Of a DNA stretch of 64,000 nucleotides, positions 61,996 through 64,000 are shown in pieces. The notes under the pieces were generated by a model, which did not search any database, had not been told where the DNA came from, and saw only the letters and a list, made by a program, of their open reading frames with translations. The translations under genes and the position numbers were made by a program. Location of the stretch: positions 496,001 to 560,000 of the forward strand of contig NW_026918900.1 in NCBI RefSeq assembly GCF_032062105.1. Reading direction: 5' to 3'. Position 1 is the stretch's first letter. The number at the start of each line of letters is the position of its first letter. The DNA comes from Saccostrea cucullata. Lineage: Eukaryota.

Positions 61996-64000
61996 CTTTA
62001 TATTCATGAATATGATAAAGATGAACATGATGATATATGAATGAAAATTATTGTTTCACTGTTGTATAAGTCTGTAATGTTTTACTGGTTTTATAACTCT
62101 TACTAGAAATATCTGAGCAACAATCATGTACATCTATATTATATGTACATGAAGTACCGGCATTTTGAGTTCTTGAGCCATATGTCAGCAGAACTATATC
62201 TTGCTGTTTGATGAATCATCAGAATCCTAAAGAAATTTCTTTATAAATGTCAACAATACTTCTAATAAGATATTATCAGAAATAGTAATCAAACTGTAAG
62301 CTAGCTAGTATGTGTTAAATTGTTATAGTACTGTACAGTAAAACTTGGTTATTCAGAATAGATTTATCAGCAAATCTTGTTTATAAGGAAATGTTCATAA
62401 ATCACACAGAGGATTTTCCAATTAAATCTTGGATATATATATACAGATTGAAACAAAATTTGAAGCCCCATTGCCAAGGATCGATTTTCTTACAACCAAT
62501 TTTTACCACTAACACATGTATATATCTGACCATGCTGACCAAGCCGGGAGATCATATTAGCAGAGAATACACTCAGGGTCCTCCATCGTTTAAAATATTA
62601 CTGTGTTGCAGAGTTTACGCGAAGCATTAAAATTTTCGCTATCAAATGCGCAACTGTATCACTATTCATTATAATTACTAAAGAATACATGCATGCACAG
62701 ATCTAGAAGGGGGGGGGGCAGGGTGGAATTTACAGAGTTATTAAATATATATACTAAACCAGGTAAAAAGTGACCTTGGACCCCCCCCCCCCCCCCCCCC
62801 CGAAAACGCAGAGTCCAGGTATTATTATTTGTTCAATATTTTAAATTTCACTCACAGAAAGTCTAAAAAATGTTGTAAAAGGAGAAAAGAATGGCATTTT
62901 ATCATTCAGACATGATTAATTTTATGTACATAAAAATTTCAAAAAAGTGAAATTTTGTTTTTCTAGCATTTTTAAGAAAAATAATGACTATTCATTTAAA
63001 ATCATTAAAAAAATTTGCTTGTAAAAATATCAGGATATTATCATGATATTTTGGGGAAAAAATCGTAATATATCGCGATATGAAATTTTTGGCAATACCC
63101 ATCCCTAATCGTTTCTGTCTCGGAGAAAATTTTACTGTGTCGGGACCAACACAGTAAAACAGCTCATGGAGAACCCTGAGACTTATTATAATCAAAATTA
63201 AGATTTTTATAATTTAAATTGAATTTTATCAAACATATTCTGTGATTTACTTGAAAATTTGCAATTTCGTATAACATTTAAATTCCAACAAATGATGAAA
63301 ATTTTGTTTCATTTGAAAAATGCTTCAAAAAGTTATATTGGCTTGAAATTCTATTTAAAAAGTTATTTAGGATTCAAATTCTAACTTAAATCTGTTTTCA
63401 ATTTATGGTCTTGGGGCCTGATGTTTAATTTGTTTGATTATATTTTTTGGTCTCTCTATTGGATAATTTCCCATAGCAGCTTAAATCTTTTTTTAGGACA
63501 TGCTAGACTGTATCTTCACTGATAGCTGATTCATGCTGAGTGTACAGTTTTTAGTTAAGTAGTCTCTTACACCAGTACACTGGGTATCATGATTGAATGT
63601 GATTACAATAAATAAACTGAAAAACTATAATGAAGAGAGAACGATGAGTCAGATGACAGGCATTTTTTGCCTTGTTTTTTTTCCAATCCAATTCATGTGT
63701 ACATGCAGGCTGATGCTATCATTATTTCTGAATATTTCATACAGTAATCATGGTATGTTTAATGTTTCTACATTTACAGGCTACCAGAAATCTGTTAGAG
63801 AATGATATAGAATGTTTTTACATCAAACTTTTACATTTTTAATCTCATGATATTGTTATGTCATACAGTAATTTTTTATCATGTAACTTTCTTCATATAC
63901 ACTACAGGCTGATGATTTCAATTTGTTTAATGATATAAAGCCATTTTGGATGTTTATACATTTACAATAATGTAATGATTGATCTTGTGTTGATGTTTTT

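Overview
AT-rich, intron-rich animal genomic DNA. The repeat families (Helentron-type elements carrying Cg170/HindIII-like satellite units, tRNA-headed SINEs, Penelope-like RT fragments) point to an oyster or related bivalve; this is an inference. Three genes can be read. (1) A disrupted, essentially intronless rhodopsin-class GPCR (+, 4357-5598) inside a ~6.2 kb tandem duplication. (2) A complete K+-dependent Na+/Ca2+ exchanger, NCKX/SLC24 (+, 12301-46008), with 9 exons per transcript, assembled by hand with phase-compatible GT-AG introns. (3) A convergent MGAT4C-like GlcNAc-transferase (-, 54825-50165, 4 coding exons, 478 aa). The most notable signals are in NCKX splicing. Two duplicated exons (6A 40300-40640, 6B 40697-40989) each encode TM5 plus a different large cytosolic loop. 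They are separated by only 56 nt and look forced to be mutually exclusive (588 vs 572 aa isoforms). The exon-5 acceptor is the last unit of a 13-copy 29-bp array of branch-point/acceptor look-alikes, and all upstream copies lead to premature stops. The exon-3 donor is also triplicated, with each extra copy hit by a different MITE. The rest is transposons, satellites and microsatellites. No rRNA, true tRNA or CRISPR array was found.
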